Shown: piece after piece, positions 60,401 to 64,000 of the stretch
Numbering within the stretch: the stretch's first letter is position 1
How the letters are laid out: the number at the start of each line of letters is the position of its first letter
DNA from: Macrostomum hystrix
Lineage: Eukaryota > Animalia > Platyhelminthes
NCBI GenBank assembly: GCA_950097015.1
Contig: CATNEN010000001.1
Coordinates: forward strand, 868,001 to 932,000
Reading direction: 5' to 3'
Length of the DNA stretch: 64,000 bases
Made by a program: the position numbers and the translations under genes
The notes under the pieces: generated by a model
What the model was told of the DNA's origin: nothing
Seen by the model: the letters and a program-made list of their open reading frames with translations, nothing else
Database searches by the model: none

Positions 60401-62739
60401 TGTAGTTCGCCTTCGACAATATTGAATATTGAATATTTAACTAGCTGAATATTGAAAAGTAAATAAGTAAAAGTAAAGGTAAAGCAAAAGTAGAAGTGAT
60501 TTGGAGTAAAATGTGTACCAATGGGTGTTTAAAATCTTCAAATGTTTAGAAGGAGTTAAAAAAGGTTAAAATGGATTTAAGGTAGTTAAAAGGATGGTAA
60601 TAGTGTATAGCTCGGTTTCACTAGCTAGAGAAACCTAGTGTTTAGGTCAATGCTCCTGAGCTGCAGCTCATTGCTCATGGATGATGTCAGTGGCATTTCA
60701 GCTGAAAGCTTAAAAGAGAAGTGAATTGTGGCTAAAAATAATTGAAGAGCCTTAAAGGAATTAAGGATTCAAGAAAGTGAAAGCAGTTAAAAGGATGGTA
60801 AAAACTTAGCAAACTGCAGTGAGGCTTAGTACATCTTAACTGGTCCTTATCACACAAGCTGGAATGGTGGCTTTGCTTGCTATCTTCAGGCTGGCATCTG
60901 AGAACTGGTAAGGCTTGGCTAATCATTTGTTGTAAAGTGTTTGCTAGATACCCAACCCAAAATTGTTGGTTAGCTCCTGCAAAGCAATAACAATTGATCC
61001 CAGTGTACACTAGAGTTATTTGGTCTGGTACATGTATATAACTTTGCTATGAAATTTCCTTATAATTACTATTTATTTATCAACTTTATTTTACCAGGTC
61101 TTTATCACACTGGCTCACTAGCTGGAATTGTGGCATCTGGCTGTCTTCACTCTCATGGCATAGCTAAGGGCATATGAGAACTAATCACATAGGATTAAAG
61201 GCTATGGTAAGTGCTTGAGTACATAATCATTTTTAGTGTTAGCCCAACCCAGCCCAAGATACCCAACACACAATTGCTGGTTGCTTGAGCTCTTAGTTTT
61301 GATAATGCATGCACAGTAGTTTGCCTTCAGCTATTGGTTGTGATACTGCATGAGCAGTAGTTTGCCTTGAAACTGCTGTTTATCAAATTCTCTCCTCTTC
61401 TCTTCTCCTCTCCCCCCTCCTCTTCTCCTCTCCTCTCCCCCTCTCCCCTCCTTTCCTCTGCTCTTTTTCCTCTCTTCTTTCCTCTCCTCTTCTCTCCTGC
61501 CTTTATTCTCCTATTCTTTTCTTGTTTCTATAAGCAATATAAGTGATAGCAGCAAACCAACTGTCTCACCTCTCACACCTAACAGGACAAGGAGAGCTTA
61601 TCTAACAGGACAAGAGTCCCAAGAATCTGAGTCTGCAGTGTTGAAGCTGAATGGCCAACAATCAACAACAACCTGCTGAGTGCCAACCAAAAAGATATGA
61701 TTGACTAACTGTGAATAAACTAATCTTGTTCTGAATGCCTTTATGAATATTGATTAAACTGAGGCCCTCTTTTTATCCCTAGTTGACATTTCAAATTTTG
61801 CCTATTTAGACAAACACAGAACTTAAGCTGCTATAATAAGAGACTTAAGGGTCTAAAAATAGTAAAAAATGTGCCTTCTGTAAAAACTGTAGCTACAGTG
61901 CATAAATAATTAAAAACACACACAAACTTCATAAGAACACACTTTGCTGCTATATTCATATAACATATACTCTAAATACAAATGCCAACTAAAATTTATG
62001 AGATGGCTGAAATTCCTAGCAATAATAAATGCTTGAAACAATAATTAACTTTGCAAAATAACTTTTCCTATGTTTCGTGAAGAAATGGCAGGAAAAAATC
62101 TCATGAGTCTTTGTATTTATTTCGTCTTGTTTAATTAATTTCAGTGTCAACTTTGTTGATCGGTTTGAAATTCACACGTGCATTACATATCAGTTTAACG
62201 GAGAAGTGAAAGTGAAAACGAAGGTTTGCAGTGCATTGCAGCTTAAAAAGTTATTTGCTCGAGCCAAAATAAACGTAATTCTCAAATTCTATGTCTGAAA
62301 TATGTTTCTGATTTTCTAACTATTGCTGTGTGACTGGCTTTTTGAAGGGCAAAAACACTTTTTGACTGGCTGTTGTTAAGCCAAAGTGGCGTCAAGACTG
62401 ACAATGCCGTAGGAAATTAGCGCTGTACACTGTGAAAGTTCTAACTACAACTATGTAATGCTGCTGCAATTACAATTAATTGTCACATTCTCAATCGCAA
62501 TCTCAAAGAGAACGTCTCAGAGAACTTTAAGCCCGTCAGAACTTCAGAATAAAGCCGCCTGTCCACCTGTGTTGACAGTCATTTTTTAATTCACACGCTC
62601 GCTGCAACGAGCTTTTTTGTGAACTCTAATTGTTGAGAGGTCCTCAAAGAATTGGTGATATTTCTTGTTTACTTATGAGGTTTGTTTTTAGAGATAAGGC
62701 ACATTTGGGAGAATCTAGGCGGAACATGACAGCTAAAAC

Positions 62740-62820
62740 TTCATTTCACGAGTGAAGCGGGGATAGAGGAAACAGGAAGCCGGGGGTTGGCGGTGGGGGT
62801 GTACTTATAAACTCGTGCGG
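62740..62820 (+). promoter_or_regulatory. Putative HES promoter: TATA box with flanking N-boxes and an ETS core
   Basis: CACGAG 62747-62752, CAGGAAG at about 62773, TATAAA 62806-62811, CTCGTG 62812-62817. Confidence 0.55.
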
Positions 62821-62890
62821 CGGCCGGTCGATGGCAAAATTTCGAGCTCCGAATTAAAAAAACAGACGAACCACACGCCCAGTAGAGTTG

Positions 62891-63343
62891 ATGGAGCATA
62901 GGAGAATCAGCAAGCAGGTGATGGAGCGGCAGCGCAGAGCCAGAATTAATGCCAGCTTCGAAAAACTCATACAGCTGCTGAAGGCCAACAAGGTGATAAA
63001 ACCGTACCGGCTTCAGCGTCTAGAGAAGGCCGAAATCCTGGAGCTGAATGTCGAGCTGCTGCTGAATGGCGCAGCCAAGACTCAATCTGCGGCCATAAGC
63101 TTCTGCTGCAAGTCTTCGGCCTCATCAACGGTGTCGGCTTTGTCTACTGACGAAGAATCTAGCCAGTCGATAGACCAGCATCATCATCAGCAGCAGCAGC
63201 ATCAGCATCAGGATAAAGCCAGCCTGTGCGGCGTCCTTGGTAACCGGCCCCTGGAAACAGCATGCGGCATTACAAATCAACTTAGTGAACTTGTTTCGTT
63301 ATTTTTCGTTATTCAGTTGTGCTCAGTGCTCATGTGCTCATAA
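62891..63343 (+). CDS. Divergent hairy/E(spl) (HES) family bHLH protein; 3' end uncertain
   Basis: RRISKQVMERQRRARINASFEKLIQLL..RLEKAEILELNVELL; RRARIN and LEKAEILE are HES signatures. Confidence 0.8.
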   Translation: MEHRRISKQVMERQRRARINASFEKLIQLLKANKVIKPYRLQRLEKAEILELNVELLLNGAAKTQSAAISFCCKSSASSTVSALSTDEESSQSIDQHHHQQQQHQHQDKASLCGVLGNRPLETACGITNQLSELVSLFFVIQLCSVLMCS

Positions 63344-63779
63344 ATATATGTGTGCTCGTATGCTCATAATTGTGTTCAGACCTGTAGACGCTGCACTTTT
63401 ACGGCCTTCCGGTTGGTCTTTCTTGACGTGCTTGGTGTCGTGGAGCTGCTGCTTTCTCTTCCTGGAGATTCTATGATGAGAATCTATGATGAAAACTAGG
63501 ATGAGAATCTAGGATGAGAATATAAAATGAGAATATAAAATGAGAATCCAGGATGAGAATCGTAAATACAATGCAACTCGGATACCTGCGAAATATAAGT
63601 CCTGCATCTCACTACCACACTTCCTCTCACTCTGCTGCATCTCACTACCACACTTCCTCTCACCCTACTGCATCTCACTACCACACTTCCTCTCACCCTA
63701 CTGATCTCCCTTTCACCCTACTGATCTCCCCCACAGAAACCTTCTTCAGATTTCAGTCGCTCCAGCACCGCCTGCTTTA

Positions 63780-64000
63780 GCTTATTTTATCCGGCAGACA
63801 AAAACGTAACCGGGTGCGACGTCAGCCACTCGCGACTGATCCGATTCAGTACAGTCGTGGGTATGGCAGCAAGAGTACGCGGCAAATGCCACGCCAAGCG
63901 GGTGCGCAACTCTAGCGTGATAGACAGTTGAAGTGCGCCTTGCATGCACTGCCGCTCCATCGACGTGTACAAGCTCTCTACGATGGCCTCAGGGCAGCCC
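63780..64000 (-). mobile_element. Possible retroelement fragment running off the window edge
   Basis: Abrupt GC-rich coding-like sequence similar in style to the 33.8-kb RT remnant; no diagnostic motif. Confidence 0.3.

Overview
Repeat-rich animal genomic DNA with spliceosomal introns. The minisatellite load, CAG-rich exons and SINE types suggest an invertebrate such as a macrostomid flatworm, which is an inference only. Host genes: a 4-exon N4BP1/KHNYN-type NYN ribonuclease (9917-15519), a 3-exon CREBL2/REPTOR-BP-like bZIP (31387-33151), an orphan ETS-domain exon (57695-57979), a divergent HES/hairy-type bHLH (62891-63343) and a small polyQ ORF (60146-60400). From 12 to 30 kb the sequence is mostly minisatellite arrays, and their long ORFs are artefacts. 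From 33.8 to 55.8 kb there is a transposon nest. It holds two Crypton-type tyrosine-recombinase remnants with terminal hairpins and an intact IS630/Tc1-type transposase, the latter enclosed together with one Crypton by a perfect 61-bp inverted repeat. It also holds a complete 8.8-kb Mutator-like element (9-bp TSD, foldback-type TIRs) encoding a spliced PHD + vertnin-like OTU protease + MULE DDE protein, and a complete Mag-type Gypsy element with identical LTRs. The strongest novelty candidates are the PHD-OTU-MULE element and the Crypton/Tc1 composite.
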